Part shown: one piece after another, positions 9,367 to 20,231 of the stretch
How positions within the stretch are numbered: position 1 is the stretch's first letter
Layout: each line of letters starts with the position of its first letter
Source: an uncultured delta proteobacterium
GTDB lineage: Bacteria > Desulfobacterota > Desulfobacteria > Desulfobacterales > Desulfosalsimonadaceae
Direction: 5' to 3'
NCBI GenBank assembly: GCA_963826785.1
Contig: CAWGYD010000001.1
Location: 608,001 to 672,000 of the forward strand
DNA length: 64,000 nt
Notes under the pieces: model-generated
Database searches by the model: none
What the model was told of the DNA's origin: nothing
What the model saw: only the letters and a program-made list of their open reading frames with translations
Position numbers and translations under genes: made by a program

Positions 9367-11105
9367 AATCGGCTGAAATCGAAAAAAGGCGCTTGACTCT
9401 GAGGAACCGTCGGATATATCTGATCGGCGCGTTCTTCTCCGTACTGTACCTCATCGTGGGGGGGAAAGCCTTTTATCTGCAGGTGGTTCTGGAGAATAAG
9501 CTGTCCACCCAGGCATTGTCCGAATATCGGAAACAGATGAAATGCCAGGGAAAGCGGGGAACCATCTTTGACACCAAATACCGGGAGCTGGCGCTTTCCA
9601 CCAATGTGGTGGCCATCGGCGCCCATCCCGGCAGGATTGACCAGAAACAAAAATTCGCCCGCCAGGCGGCGGTTCAGTTGAATACGGACCAGCAGGACAT
9701 TTTTAGCAATATCTCCCAGAAGCGCCCCTTCGTCTGGATTGAACGGCAGGCCTCCCCCATCCAGGCGGAAGCCTTGAAGAGTGCCGGATTTCCCGGGCTC
9801 GAGTTTTTTCCCGGCTACTGCCGGGTCTATCCCAACAAGGTTCTGGCCGCGCAAGTCATCGGATTTTCGGGAATCGACGGGGATGGACTGGAAGGTCTGG
9901 AATTCTATTATGACGATTACCTGAAGGGAAACCTGCAGCAGTGGACCGTCATCAAGGACGCCCTGGGCCGGATCTTCGACCGCAAGGATGCCTGCGCGCT
10001 CGATTACGAGGGCAAAAACCTCATTGTCACCATCGATTCGACGATCCAATACATCACCGAAAAAGCACTCAAGAAAGCCGTTGAGGAAAATAACGCCAAG
10101 TCCGGCATCGCCGTGGTGATGGTTCCCCAGACCGGCGCGGTGCGCGCCATTGCCCATTTCCCCACGTTCAATCCCAATTCCCACACCATGTTTCCCAAGG
10201 AAATCTGGAGAAATCGGGTCATCACCGATTCCTTCGAGCCCGGATCGACCCTGAAGGTGTTCGTGGCCGCCGCGGCGCTGGAATCCGGATTGTGCAGACA
10301 GGATTCGGTGTTTGACTGCGAAAATGGGAATTACCGCATCGGCCGGAACACGGTCCACGACACCCATCCCTACGGGCTCCTGACCCTCTATGAAATCATC
10401 AAATATTCCAGCAATATCGGAGCGGTAAAGGTTTCAGAAATCCTCGGCCCCCAGATGCTCTATGACACGCTGAAAAAATTCGGATTCGGAGACAAGACCG
10501 GGATCGACTGCCCCGGGGAAACGCCCGGCCTGTTGCGGCATTATGAGGGCTGGAAGCGGATCGACAATGCCACCATCGCCTTCGGCCAGGGTGTTTCGGT
10601 TTCCGCCATACAGCTGGTCAGTGCCGTCGCGGCCATCGCCAACCACGGGGTGCTGATGCAGCCCAGGCTGGTGGAGGCCATTACGGACAAGAACGGCGAG
10701 ATCATCAAGAGTTTTCCCCCCAGGGAAGTCCGCCAGGCCATATCGCCGGAGACCGCCGCCATTGTCACCCGGATGATGAATTCGGTCACCACGGAGGGGG
10801 GGACCGGCACCATGGCCGTTCCGGTGGGATATGACGTGTGCGGAAAAACCGGCACCGCCCAGAAGATCAACTCCGACGGCACCTATCGCAACTGTGATTA
10901 CAACGGGGTCTTCGTGGGTTTTTCTCCGGCCAACGATCCCCAGCTGGCGGTGCTGGTGGTGATCGATGCCCCCCGGAAGCACCATTACGGCGGCCTGACG
11001 GCAGCCCCCGCTTTTCGGGAAATCATACTGGAATCATTCAACTATTTGAATATTGCACCCCGGCAGACGGATTCGTTGATCACCTGCCGGAAGGGAAAAT
11101 CATAA
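9363..11105 (+). CDS. ftsI: Class B penicillin-binding protein FtsI/PBP3
   Basis: KRGTIFD, RVYP, GLEGLE, FEPGSTLK (SxxK), SSN, GKTGTAQK. Confidence 0.96.
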   Translation: MKSAEIEKRRLTLRNRRIYLIGAFFSVLYLIVGGKAFYLQVVLENKLSTQALSEYRKQMKCQGKRGTIFDTKYRELALSTNVVAIGAHPGRIDQKQKFARQAAVQLNTDQQDIFSNISQKRPFVWIERQASPIQAEALKSAGFPGLEFFPGYCRVYPNKVLAAQVIGFSGIDGDGLEGLEFYYDDYLKGNLQQWTVIKDALGRIFDRKDACALDYEGKNLIVTIDSTIQYITEKALKKAVEENNAKSGIAVVMVPQTGAVRAIAHFPTFNPNSHTMFPKEIWRNRVITDSFEPGSTLKVFVAAAALESGLCRQDSVFDCENGNYRIGRNTVHDTHPYGLLTLYEIIKYSSNIGAVKVSEILGPQMLYDTLKKFGFGDKTGIDCPGETPGLLRHYEGWKRIDNATIAFGQGVSVSAIQLVSAVAAIANHGVLMQPRLVEAITDKNGEIIKSFPPREVRQAISPETAAIVTRMMNSVTTEGGTGTMAVPVGYDVCGKTGTAQKINSDGTYRNCDYNGVFVGFSPANDPQLAVLVVIDAPRKHHYGGLTAAPAFREIILESFNYLNIAPRQTDSLITCRKGKS

Positions 11106-11109
11106 TCAT

Positions 11110-12654
11110 ATGAAGTGGTCGCAAATCATCAAATCACTCCATGCGCTCAATATCGCCGGCGAATCCCTCAACGGAACCGGGTCGGACCCGGACATCACCT
11201 CTATCCATTACCGGGCCGACGCCGTGGTTCCGGGAGGCCTGTTCGTGGCGGTGAAGGGGCATAAAGCAGACGGACACGATTATATCGGCCAGGCGCTTGA
11301 CCGGGGAGCGGCAGCGGTGATTGTGGAAAAAGAATGCATTCTGCAGACCGACGCGGTGATCTTACGGGTCGACCATTCCCGCAGGGCGCTGGCGGCGGCG
11401 GCTTCCGCCTTTTACGGCCACCCGGCGGAAAAACTGGTGATGATCGGGATTACCGGGACCAACGGCAAGACCACCACCGCTTATCTGACAGAGGCCATTC
11501 TCAAACAGCAGGGAATCGCCCCCGGAGTGATCGGCACCATCAATTACCGGTACGGAACGAAAAATTGCCCCAATCCCCTCACCACCCCGGAATCGGTGGA
11601 AGTGCAGAAGATCCTGGCGGAAATGGCGGGAGCCGGGGTCACTCATGTGATCATGGAAGTCTCATCCCACGGGATCGCACTGGACCGGATTTTCTCCTGC
11701 GGGTTTGACGTGGGCGTCTTTACCAACCTCAGCCAGGACCACCTCGATTTTCACGGCACCATGGAAGCATACGGCAGCTGTAAAAAGCAGTTCATCACGG
11801 GCCTGGCGCGGCAGGACAGCAAATCTTCGGCCGTGGCGGTAATCAATATGCAAAACCCCGCCGGAAGGGAACTGGCGGAAATGGTTGATCCGTCCGGATG
11901 CATCACCGTGGGCACGGATGCGAAAAACAAGGTGTACCCGGAGGCCCTGTCCATGGACCAGGACGGCATCCGGGGAACCCTGGTGACCCCGTCCGGGAAA
12001 TGCGGCTTCGCATCGGCGCTGTCGGGCGGGTTTAACCTGGAAAACATCCTGTGCGCCGCCGGAATCGCCCATGCGCTGGGTATCCCCCTTTCTTCCATTC
12101 AGAAAGGGATTGATTCATTTGCAAACGTGCCGGGAAGGCTGGAAAAGATTGCCAATACATCCCGGCGCCACGTGTATGTGGATTATGCCCACACTCCCGA
12201 TGCGCTGGAAAATGTGTTGTCCACCTTGAGAAACCTGGCCTCCGGCCGCCTGATCTGCGTATTCGGCTGCGGTGGAGACCGGGATCGGGGCAAGCGGCCC
12301 CAGATGGGTGAAATCGCCGCCCGCCTGGCCGACCTGGTGGTGGTCACCTCGGACAACCCCCGCTCGGAAGACCCTGGGGCCATCATCAAAGACATCCTGC
12401 AGGGCCTTTCTCCGCATATGCCGGCCCCATGCCGCCCCGAAGAAATGCAAAACCAGGGATGCACCAGGGGATACGTGGTGGAGCCCGACCGGGAGAAAGC
12501 CATTTTCCTGGCCGTTGGCATCTTAATGGAAGAAGACACCCTCCTGATTGCCGGAAAAGGGCATGAACCCTACCAGATCATCGGAAAGACCGTGATTGCC
12601 TTTGACGACCGGGAAAAAGCGGCCCGGGCAATGGCGGAAAAAGGGTGGGCATGA
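11110..12654 (+). CDS. murE: UDP-MurNAc-dipeptide:meso-DAP ligase
   Basis: GITGTNGKTT, MEVSSH, DYAHTPDAL, GCGGDRD, DNPR (mDAP specificity), AGKGHE. Confidence 0.98.
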   Translation: MKWSQIIKSLHALNIAGESLNGTGSDPDITSIHYRADAVVPGGLFVAVKGHKADGHDYIGQALDRGAAAVIVEKECILQTDAVILRVDHSRRALAAAASAFYGHPAEKLVMIGITGTNGKTTTAYLTEAILKQQGIAPGVIGTINYRYGTKNCPNPLTTPESVEVQKILAEMAGAGVTHVIMEVSSHGIALDRIFSCGFDVGVFTNLSQDHLDFHGTMEAYGSCKKQFITGLARQDSKSSAVAVINMQNPAGRELAEMVDPSGCITVGTDAKNKVYPEALSMDQDGIRGTLVTPSGKCGFASALSGGFNLENILCAAGIAHALGIPLSSIQKGIDSFANVPGRLEKIANTSRRHVYVDYAHTPDALENVLSTLRNLASGRLICVFGCGGDRDRGKRPQMGEIAARLADLVVVTSDNPRSEDPGAIIKDILQGLSPHMPAPCRPEEMQNQGCTRGYVVEPDREKAIFLAVGILMEEDTLLIAGKGHEPYQIIGKTVIAFDDREKAARAMAEKGWA

Positions 12655-14057
12655 CAATGACGCCGATATCCTGGACCATAGACGATGTGATCACCGCCAC
12701 CGGCGGCCGGCTGCTTTCCGGAAAAGGGGCGGTATTTGCCTCCATATCCATCGACTCGCGGACGATTGCGCCAGAAAACCTGTTTGCGGCCGTCCGGGGA
12801 GACCGGTTTGACGGCCATGACTTTATTCCCGGGGTGCTCGCCGCCGGCGTTAAGGGCGTGATGGTAAATGCGTCCAAAGCCGATACCCTCCCGCTGGCCC
12901 AGTATGAACAAGACGGCATCTGCGTGATTGCGGTGGAGGACACCGTCGCCGCCCTGGGGGCGCTGGCGTCTTTCCAGCGCAGCCGGGTGAACATTCCGGT
13001 GGTGGCCGTCACCGGTTCAAACGGAAAAACCACCACCAAGGAGATGATCGCCGCGGTGTTGTCGGTCCGGTTTGCCACGCTTTTTACCACGGGAAACTTA
13101 AACAACGAGATCGGTCTGCCCCTGACCCTGTTCAGGCTAAGCGCCTCCCATGAGGCCGCCGTGCTGGAGATGGGAATGAATCATCCCGGCGAAATCGATC
13201 GCCTGGCCGCCATGTGCCGGCCGTGCATCGGCGTGATCACCACCATCGGACCCGCCCATCTGGAAGGGCTGGGGAGCATGGACGCGGTCATGGCGGCCAA
13301 GGGGGAACTGCTTTCCCACATCGAAAGCGGCGGAACGGCCGTGCTGAATGCGGACAATCCATACTGCCGCCGCCTGGCCGAAAAGGCTGCGGTCGATGTT
13401 TTTCGTTTCGGTCTGGATGATACGGCAAACGCTCATGCCGCCGATATCCGGCCCGAAGAAGACGGGACCCGATTCACGCTATCGCTTGGCAGTGAAAAGA
13501 TCGAGGTGCGGCTCCGCCTTGCCGGCGCCGTCAATGTGTCAAACGCGCTTGCCGCCGCCAGCGTGGGGCATCTGCTGGGACTTTCGGCAGCAGAGATTGC
13601 CGAAGGATTGGCATCGGTCCGGCCGGTCAAGGGACGGATGGAGATTATCCGTCTGGAAACCGGGGTCACCCTCATCGACGACACCTACAACGCCAACCCG
13701 GGGTCCATGGCCGCAGCCATCGGCGCCCTCATGGGGCTCAGAGGCCCTGGCCGGACGGTGCTGGTGGCCGGCGACATGCTGGAGCTCGGGGGCGAATCGG
13801 AAAAGCGCCATGAAGATATCGGCGCGCTGGCCGCCCGATCCGGAATCGACCAGCTTTACCTGACCGGTCAATTTGCGCCTGCCGCGCAAAACGGGGCGGT
13901 AAAGGCCGGCATGCCGGCCGGCCGGATCCGGGTGGACGACAAGGCCGCCATCATCGATTCCCTGATCCGGTTCCTCAGGCCCGGCGACCGGGTGCTGGTG
14001 AAGGGGTCCAGGAGCATGGGGATGGAAACCATCGTCAAAGGATTACAGAAATCATGA
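12651..14057 (+). CDS. murF: UDP-MurNAc-tripeptide:D-Ala-D-Ala ligase
   Basis: IDSR, TGSNGKTTTKE, NNEIGLPLT, DDTYNANP, GDMLELG, KGSR. Confidence 0.98.
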   Translation: MTMTPISWTIDDVITATGGRLLSGKGAVFASISIDSRTIAPENLFAAVRGDRFDGHDFIPGVLAAGVKGVMVNASKADTLPLAQYEQDGICVIAVEDTVAALGALASFQRSRVNIPVVAVTGSNGKTTTKEMIAAVLSVRFATLFTTGNLNNEIGLPLTLFRLSASHEAAVLEMGMNHPGEIDRLAAMCRPCIGVITTIGPAHLEGLGSMDAVMAAKGELLSHIESGGTAVLNADNPYCRRLAEKAAVDVFRFGLDDTANAHAADIRPEEDGTRFTLSLGSEKIEVRLRLAGAVNVSNALAAASVGHLLGLSAAEIAEGLASVRPVKGRMEIIRLETGVTLIDDTYNANPGSMAAAIGALMGLRGPGRTVLVAGDMLELGGESEKRHEDIGALAARSGIDQLYLTGQFAPAAQNGAVKAGMPAGRIRVDDKAAIIDSLIRFLRPGDRVLVKGSRSMGMETIVKGLQKS

Positions 14058-14104
14058 TCGGAAACGCCATTTTCACGGCGATATATACACAGGTGGATTA
14101 AGAC

Positions 14105-15184
14105 ATGCTTTATCAACTCCTATATGCATTTCACGCAGAGCTGTCGGTGCTCAATGTGTTCCGGTACATCACCTTCCGGACCATCTGCGCCAGCCTGACT
14201 GCGCTGCTCATCAGCTTTCTGCTGGGACCGTGGGTCATCCGGAAGCTCAGCGAAAAACAGATCGGCCAGTACATCCGCCGGGTGGGACCGGCCAGCCACC
14301 AGGACAAGGCCGGCACCCCCACCATGGGCGGGGTGCTGATCATCCTGGCCGTCGGGCTGTCCACCATTTTGTGGATGGATCTGAAGAATTTTTACACCTG
14401 GATCATTCTGTTGATCACCGCGGGCTATTTTTTCGTCGGGTTTACCGATGATTATCTGAAACAGATCAAGAAGCGAAACGCGGGCTTGAGCGCAAGAAAC
14501 AAGTTTTGCCTCCAGGTGGTTTTTGCCGCCCTTGCCGGATGGCTGCTCTACCTCCATCCGGATTTTGACACCAAGGTCACCATCCCGCTGTTTAAAAATT
14601 TCTCCCCCGACCTGGGCGCCGGGTACATCCTTTTTGCCGTCCTGGTGATCGTGGGGACCTCCAATGCGGTCAATCTCACCGACGGCCTGGACGGCCTGGC
14701 CATCGGCCCGGTGATCATCGCCGCGGCCACCTACATGATTTTCGCCTATGTGACCGGGCACGCCCGGATCGCCGAATATCTGCAGATCAATTTCGTCAAC
14801 GGCGCGGGCGAGGTGACCATCCTGTGCGGGGCCATGGCCGGGGCCGGGCTGGGGTTTCTGTGGTTCAATTCCTACCCGGCCCAGATCTTCATGGGGGACG
14901 TGGGGTCGCTCCCCCTGGGCGCCATGCTGGGCGCCATCGCGGTGGTCACTAAGCAGGAAATCCTGATGGTCCTGGTGGGCGGGGTGTTCGTGATCGAGGC
15001 CCTGTCGGTGATCATCCAGGTGGGATATTTCAAGGCCACCCACGGCCGCCGATTCTTTAAAATGGCGCCGCTGCATCATCATTTTGAACTCAAGGGGTGG
15101 GCCGAATCCAAGGTGATCGTCCGCTTCTGGATCGTGGCCATCATCCTGTCCCTGATGGCGCTGAGCACGTTGAAGCTGAGATAG
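14105..15184 (+). CDS. mraY: Phospho-MurNAc-pentapeptide transferase
   Basis: [39 protein letters not shown]. Confidence 0.98.
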   Translation: MLYQLLYAFHAELSVLNVFRYITFRTICASLTALLISFLLGPWVIRKLSEKQIGQYIRRVGPASHQDKAGTPTMGGVLIILAVGLSTILWMDLKNFYTWIILLITAGYFFVGFTDDYLKQIKKRNAGLSARNKFCLQVVFAALAGWLLYLHPDFDTKVTIPLFKNFSPDLGAGYILFAVLVIVGTSNAVNLTDGLDGLAIGPVIIAAATYMIFAYVTGHARIAEYLQINFVNGAGEVTILCGAMAGAGLGFLWFNSYPAQIFMGDVGSLPLGAMLGAIAVVTKQEILMVLVGGVFVIEALSVIIQVGYFKATHGRRFFKMAPLHHHFELKGWAESKVIVRFWIVAIILSLMALSTLKLR

Positions 15185-15211
15185 CACAACAACTTTTAAC
15201 AAGATCGACAC

Positions 15212-16570
15212 ATGAACCTGAACGGAAAAAACATACTGATCGTCGGGCTGGGGCGTACGGGCACCTCGCTGGCCCGTTTCCTGGTAAAGCGGGGCGCTTT
15301 TGTCACCGTTACGGATGCATCGCCCGCAAAAAACCTTCAGGCATCACTGGAGCGGCTGGACGGCCTGGATGTCCGCAAGATTCTGGGGGGCCATGATCCC
15401 TGCACATTTTTTTCCGCCGACCTGATCGTGCTGAGTCCGGGGGTGCCCCATACCCTTGAAGTGCTTTCCGCGGCAAGGGAAAAGAACATCCCCGTCATCG
15501 GCGAAATCGAACTGGCGTCAAAGTTCATGCACACGCCCATCCTGGCGGTGACCGGCACCAACGGGAAATCGACCGCCACCCTGCTGCTGGGAGAGATGCT
15601 CAAGGCTTCCGGCTTTTCCGTATTTGTCGGCGGCAACCTGGGAACGCCGTTGATCGAGTACGTGGACAACGGCGAAGGATCCGATTTTGCGGTGGCGGAA
15701 ATCAGCAGTTTCCAGCTCGACACCATCAACGACTTCAAGCCGAAGGTGTCGGTGCTGCTTAACATCACCGATGACCATCTGGACCGCTATGATGATTTTG
15801 AAGCTTATGTTCGATCAAAGGCCCGGGTGTTTGAAAACCAGGGGGCAGCGGATTTCGCGGTTTTAAACGGATCGGATGCGGCGGTCATGTCGGCAGCAAG
15901 GCACATTTGCGCAAAAAAGTTCGTGTTCAACTGCGAAGACGCTATGCCAAACGGGGCGCAGATATCGGATCGCGCCATCCGTTTTTTCATCGACGGGGCA
16001 GCGCAGGTGCTGGACTGCAAAAACATCCGGATCCCCGGCCGCCACAACCTGGAAAATGTCGCGGCCGCCGGTTTGGCCGCCCTGGCAGCGGGTTCGACCC
16101 TGGAGCAGATCGGTGCGGCGGTGGAAGGTTTTGCCGGTCTGCCCCATCGGATTGCCCACGTGGCGCAAATCAACGGCGTCGACTACTATGACGATTCCAA
16201 GGCCACCAATGTGGACGCGGTGAAAAGGGCGCTTGAAATGTTTAGTGTGCCCGTGGTCCTCATCATGGGCGGACGGGACAAGGGGGGCAGCTATGATGCG
16301 CTGATTCCGGAAATCCGCCGCTGCGTCAGCCGCTTGATCGTGATGGGAGAGGCGGCGGATAAGATCATGGCCGCGCTGGGAAAGCAAACGCCGGCCTCAG
16401 TGGTTTCCTCCATGAAAGAAGCGGTGGCCCTGGCGCACCAGAACGCCCGTCCCGGAGCGGCGGTGCTGCTGTCCCCCGCCTGTTCCAGCTTCGACAGGTA
16501 TGAAAGCTATGCCCAGCGGGGCGATGATTTTGCAGCCCGGGTCCTTTCACTGAAGGGAGATTTTTCATGA
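15212..16570 (+). CDS. murD: UDP-MurNAc-L-Ala:D-Glu ligase
   Basis: GLGRTG, TGTNGKST, EISSFQL, DHLDRY, DDSKATN, LSPACSSFD. Confidence 0.98.
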   Translation: MNLNGKNILIVGLGRTGTSLARFLVKRGAFVTVTDASPAKNLQASLERLDGLDVRKILGGHDPCTFFSADLIVLSPGVPHTLEVLSAAREKNIPVIGEIELASKFMHTPILAVTGTNGKSTATLLLGEMLKASGFSVFVGGNLGTPLIEYVDNGEGSDFAVAEISSFQLDTINDFKPKVSVLLNITDDHLDRYDDFEAYVRSKARVFENQGAADFAVLNGSDAAVMSAARHICAKKFVFNCEDAMPNGAQISDRAIRFFIDGAAQVLDCKNIRIPGRHNLENVAAAGLAALAAGSTLEQIGAAVEGFAGLPHRIAHVAQINGVDYYDDSKATNVDAVKRALEMFSVPVVLIMGGRDKGGSYDALIPEIRRCVSRLIVMGEAADKIMAALGKQTPASVVSSMKEAVALAHQNARPGAAVLLSPACSSFDRYESYAQRGDDFAARVLSLKGDFS

Positions 16571-17682
16571 AGCAAACGGAGAAATCTGCTTCCTGGCTGG
16601 CCTTTGATCACGCCATGCTGCTGCCGGTCCTGCTTCTGACGGGCATCGGCATTGCCATGGTCTACAGCGCCAGCAGTGAGTTGGCGCTCAAACAGCAGGG
16701 CGACGAATACTATTATTTCACCCGGCAGCTGATTTTTGCCGGGCTGGGATGCATTGCCCTGCTCATCGGGCGCTATGTTCCCTATCGGCTCTATTACAAG
16801 CTGACCTACCTGCTGCTGGCGGTGTCGGTTGCCCTTCTGGCGGCGGTGCTGGTGGAGGGGGTGGGCCATTCCGCCGGCGGCGCCACGCGCTGGATCAATC
16901 TCAAATGGTTTCATTTCCAGCCCGTGGAATTCGCCCGGCTCACGCTGATCATTTTCCTGGCGTATTCCCTGACCAAGAAACAGGATCGGGTGGAGGAGTT
17001 CAAGATCGGATTTGTGCCGCATGTGCTGATTCTGGGAATGTTTGCCGTCCTGGTACTGGCCCAGCCGGATTTCGGATCCACCGCCATTTTCTGCATGATC
17101 GCCTGGATCGTCATGTTTGCGGGGCGGGTGCGGCTGCTGCATCTCCTGTCCGCATGCATCGTGGTCCTGCCCATGGCCCTGTACGTCATTTTTACCAGCA
17201 AATACCGCTCCGACCGGATCTGGATCTTCATGGATCCCTGGAAAGATCCGCTGGATACGGGGTATCAGATCATCCATTCCCTGCTGGCGTTCGGCTCCGG
17301 GGGCATCTGGGGAAAAGGCTTCGGCCAGGGATATCAGAAGCTTTTTTACCTGCCCACGCCCCATACGGATTTCATTTTTTCCGTAATCGGCGAAGAAGGC
17401 GGGCTGAGATGGGTAATGATCGTGCTGTGCCTGTTTGTCATTATCCTGTGGCGGGGAATCAGCATTTCCACCACCACCCGGGAATTTTTCGGGTCGATCC
17501 TGGCCCTTGGGCTCACCGTTTCCATCACCATCCAGGCGGTGGTGAACATGGGGGTGGCGGTGAGCCTTCTGCCCACCAAGGGGCTGACCCTGCCGTTTTT
17601 GAGCTACGGCGGGTCCGCCATGATCATGAACATGGCCTGCATCGGCATCCTGATGAACATATGGGCGTCCAACCGAACATGA
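16567..17682 (+). CDS. ftsW: SEDS peptidoglycan glycosyltransferase FtsW
   Basis: GATRWI, FQPVEF, QPDFG, HTDFIFSVIGEE, PTKGLTLPFLSYGGS. Confidence 0.98.
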   Translation: MKQTEKSASWLAFDHAMLLPVLLLTGIGIAMVYSASSELALKQQGDEYYYFTRQLIFAGLGCIALLIGRYVPYRLYYKLTYLLLAVSVALLAAVLVEGVGHSAGGATRWINLKWFHFQPVEFARLTLIIFLAYSLTKKQDRVEEFKIGFVPHVLILGMFAVLVLAQPDFGSTAIFCMIAWIVMFAGRVRLLHLLSACIVVLPMALYVIFTSKYRSDRIWIFMDPWKDPLDTGYQIIHSLLAFGSGGIWGKGFGQGYQKLFYLPTPHTDFIFSVIGEEGGLRWVMIVLCLFVIILWRGISISTTTREFFGSILALGLTVSITIQAVVNMGVAVSLLPTKGLTLPFLSYGGSAMIMNMACIGILMNIWASNRT

Positions 17683-18847
17683 AGAAGGAGCGCAACGTAC
17701 ATATAAACGGCAGCAGGCCTGCCCCGGGGATCCTGATCACCGGCGGCGGCACCGGCGGACACCTGTTTCCGGGAATCGCCGTCGCCCGCGCTTTTTTGCG
17801 CAGATTTCCGGACTGCCGCATCCGGTTTATCAGTAGCGGCCGGCCCATAGAAGAGAGCGTTCTGGCCGGGGCCGGATTTTCGACCAGCGTCATCGGTGCG
17901 GCGGGCATCAAAGGAAAATCCTGGGGGCAGAAGTTAAAAGCTGTGTTCAAACTGCCCGGTGGGGCTGATCCAGTCGGCCACGGTGCTGATAAAGTTTGGG
18001 CCGGATGTGGTGATCGGCCTGGGCGGATACAGCGCCGGCCCGGTGGTGGTGGCCGCCTGGCTGCTTCGCATCCCGCGCGTGATCCAGGAGCAGAACGTGA
18101 TTCCCGGCATCACCAACCGGCTCCTGGCCCGCTTTGCGGACCTGATTTTCACCTCATTTCCGGACACGGCCATTGCCGCACCGATTGAAAAAATCTGTTT
18201 TACCGGAAATCCGGTGCGGGATGAAATCATCAAAGCCTTTGATGCCAGTGCTTCCGAAAAGAACAGGCGGTTTACGGTGCTCATCCTGGGAGGAAGCCAG
18301 GGCGCCCGGGGGCTCAACCGTCTGGTGATCGCGGCCCTGGATCATTTAAAAGAAACGGACCGGTTCAGGTTTATCCACCAGACCGGCCCGGCGGACCTGC
18401 AGGATGCGGCAATCGCCTATGCGGAAAAAGACATTGCAAATACCACCGCCCCCTTTTTTACGGACATGGCTGCCCTCTACGCCCGGGCCGATCTGGTGAT
18501 CTGCCGGGCCGGGGCCACCACCGTGGCGGAGATTATCGCGGCCGGCAAGCCGGCTGTTTTCATCCCTTTTCCCCACGCCACGGACAACCACCAGGTGTAC
18601 AACGCCCAGGGCACTGGTCGACCGGGGGGCGGCCGAAATGTTTCTGGAAAGCGAGATGACCGGATCGGCCCTGGCGGAAAAGATCGTTTATTATGCGGAT
18701 CATCCCGGCGCACTCCGGGAAAGACGAGAAAATATCAGACCTCTCCGGGTGGAAGATGCGGCCGGGCAGATCGTTTCGCGCATCAGCCGGCTCATCGGCC
18801 TGGACACCGGGGACAAAAGCGGTTCACACGCGTCAAACGGAATATAG
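17679..18847 (+). CDS. murG: MurG glycosyltransferase, split by two +1 frameshifts (about 17956 and 18609)
   Basis: TGGGTGGHLFP in the 16749 frame; GGYSAGP, EQN, GNPVR, GGSQGA, RAGATT, HQVYNA in the 17959 frame; C-terminus in the 18638 frame. Confidence 0.92.
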
Positions 18848-18856
18848 CATAAGCGA

Positions 18857-20231
18857 ATGTATCGAAAACAATATCATATCTTTTTTGTCGGCATCGGCGG
18901 CATCGGCATGAGCGGCATCGCCGAACTGCTGATCAACCTGGGCTACCGGGTGTCCGGTTCGGATAAGACGCTTTCGGATGTGACCGACCGCCTGGAAAAG
19001 CTCGGGGGAACCGTCTACCAGGGACATGCGGCAGACCACATCCATGACGTGGACGTGGTGGTGGCCTCTTCGGCCATCCGGCCGGACAACCCGGAAATCA
19101 GGGCTGCCGTGGAAGCATCGGTCCCGGTGATCCCGCGGGCCGAAATGCTGGCCGAACTGATGCGGCTCAAATACAGCATCGCCGTGGCCGGCGCCCACGG
19201 CAAAACCTCCACCACCTCCATGGTGGCATCCGTTCTGGCCTCCGGCGGGCTCGATCCCACCGTGGTGATCGGGGGAAAGCTCAAAGCCATCAACACCAAT
19301 GCGGTGATGGGTCAAGGGGATTACATCGTGGCCGAGGCCGATGAGAGCGACGGGTCATTTCTGAAATATTCTCCGATCCATTGCCGTGGTGACCAACATC
19401 GACCTGGAGCATGTGGATTTTTACAGGGACCTGGAAAAAATCAAATCCGTGTTCCTCGATTTCATCGACCGGATTCCTTTTTACGGCCTGGCGGTCCTCT
19501 GTCTGGACAACGAGCCGGTCCAGGATATCATCCCGCGGATCCGGAAGCGTTTTGTCACCTATGGGCTGAGCGCCCAGGCCGATTACCAGGCCCGCAATGT
19601 GGAATTTGAGGGCATGAAATCCCGTTTCGAGGTTTTCCAGAATGAAAAAAGGCTGGGGGAAGTCAACCTGAACCTGCCGGGCATGCACAATGTCTACAAT
19701 TCCCTGGCCAGCATCGCAGTCGGAGTCGAACTCGACATCGCCTTTGAAAAGATCCGCCAGGCACTGGAAACCCTGGAAGGGGTGCAGCGGCGACTGGAAA
19801 TCAAGGGGGATGCCGGCGGCGTGAAGGTGATCGATGATTACGGACACCATCCCACCGAGATCAAGACCACCCTGGATGCCGTCCGCAAATGCTGGCCGGG
19901 CAGGCGCGTGGTGGTGGTGTTTCAGCCCCATCGCTACACCCGCACCCGGGCGCTGTTCAATGAATTCACCCGGGCCTTCTACCAGAGCGACATTCTGCGC
20001 CTCCTGCCGATCTATTCGGCCGGAGAGGACGAAATCGAGGGGGTCAGTCACGAGGCGCTCTATGATGGCATCAAGGAGCACGGGCACAAGGATGTGGGGT
20101 TTTGCAGCGGCCGGGAGGAAATGGCCGTCGAAATCAAGGCGCTGGTCAGGCCGGATGATATCGTCCTGACCCTTGGCGCCGGAGACGTGTGGAAGGTGGG
20201 GGAAGTCTTGATCAGGGAATTGGGACTCTAA
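18857..20231 (+). CDS. murC: UDP-MurNAc:L-Ala ligase, split by a +1 frameshift near 19377
   Basis: [31 protein letters not shown], then [24 protein letters not shown] in the next frame. Confidence 0.95.

Noticed and set aside
16749..18188. 479-aa ORF overlapping ftsW
   Set aside because: Only 17679-17956 is real (murG N-terminus); the rest is off-frame
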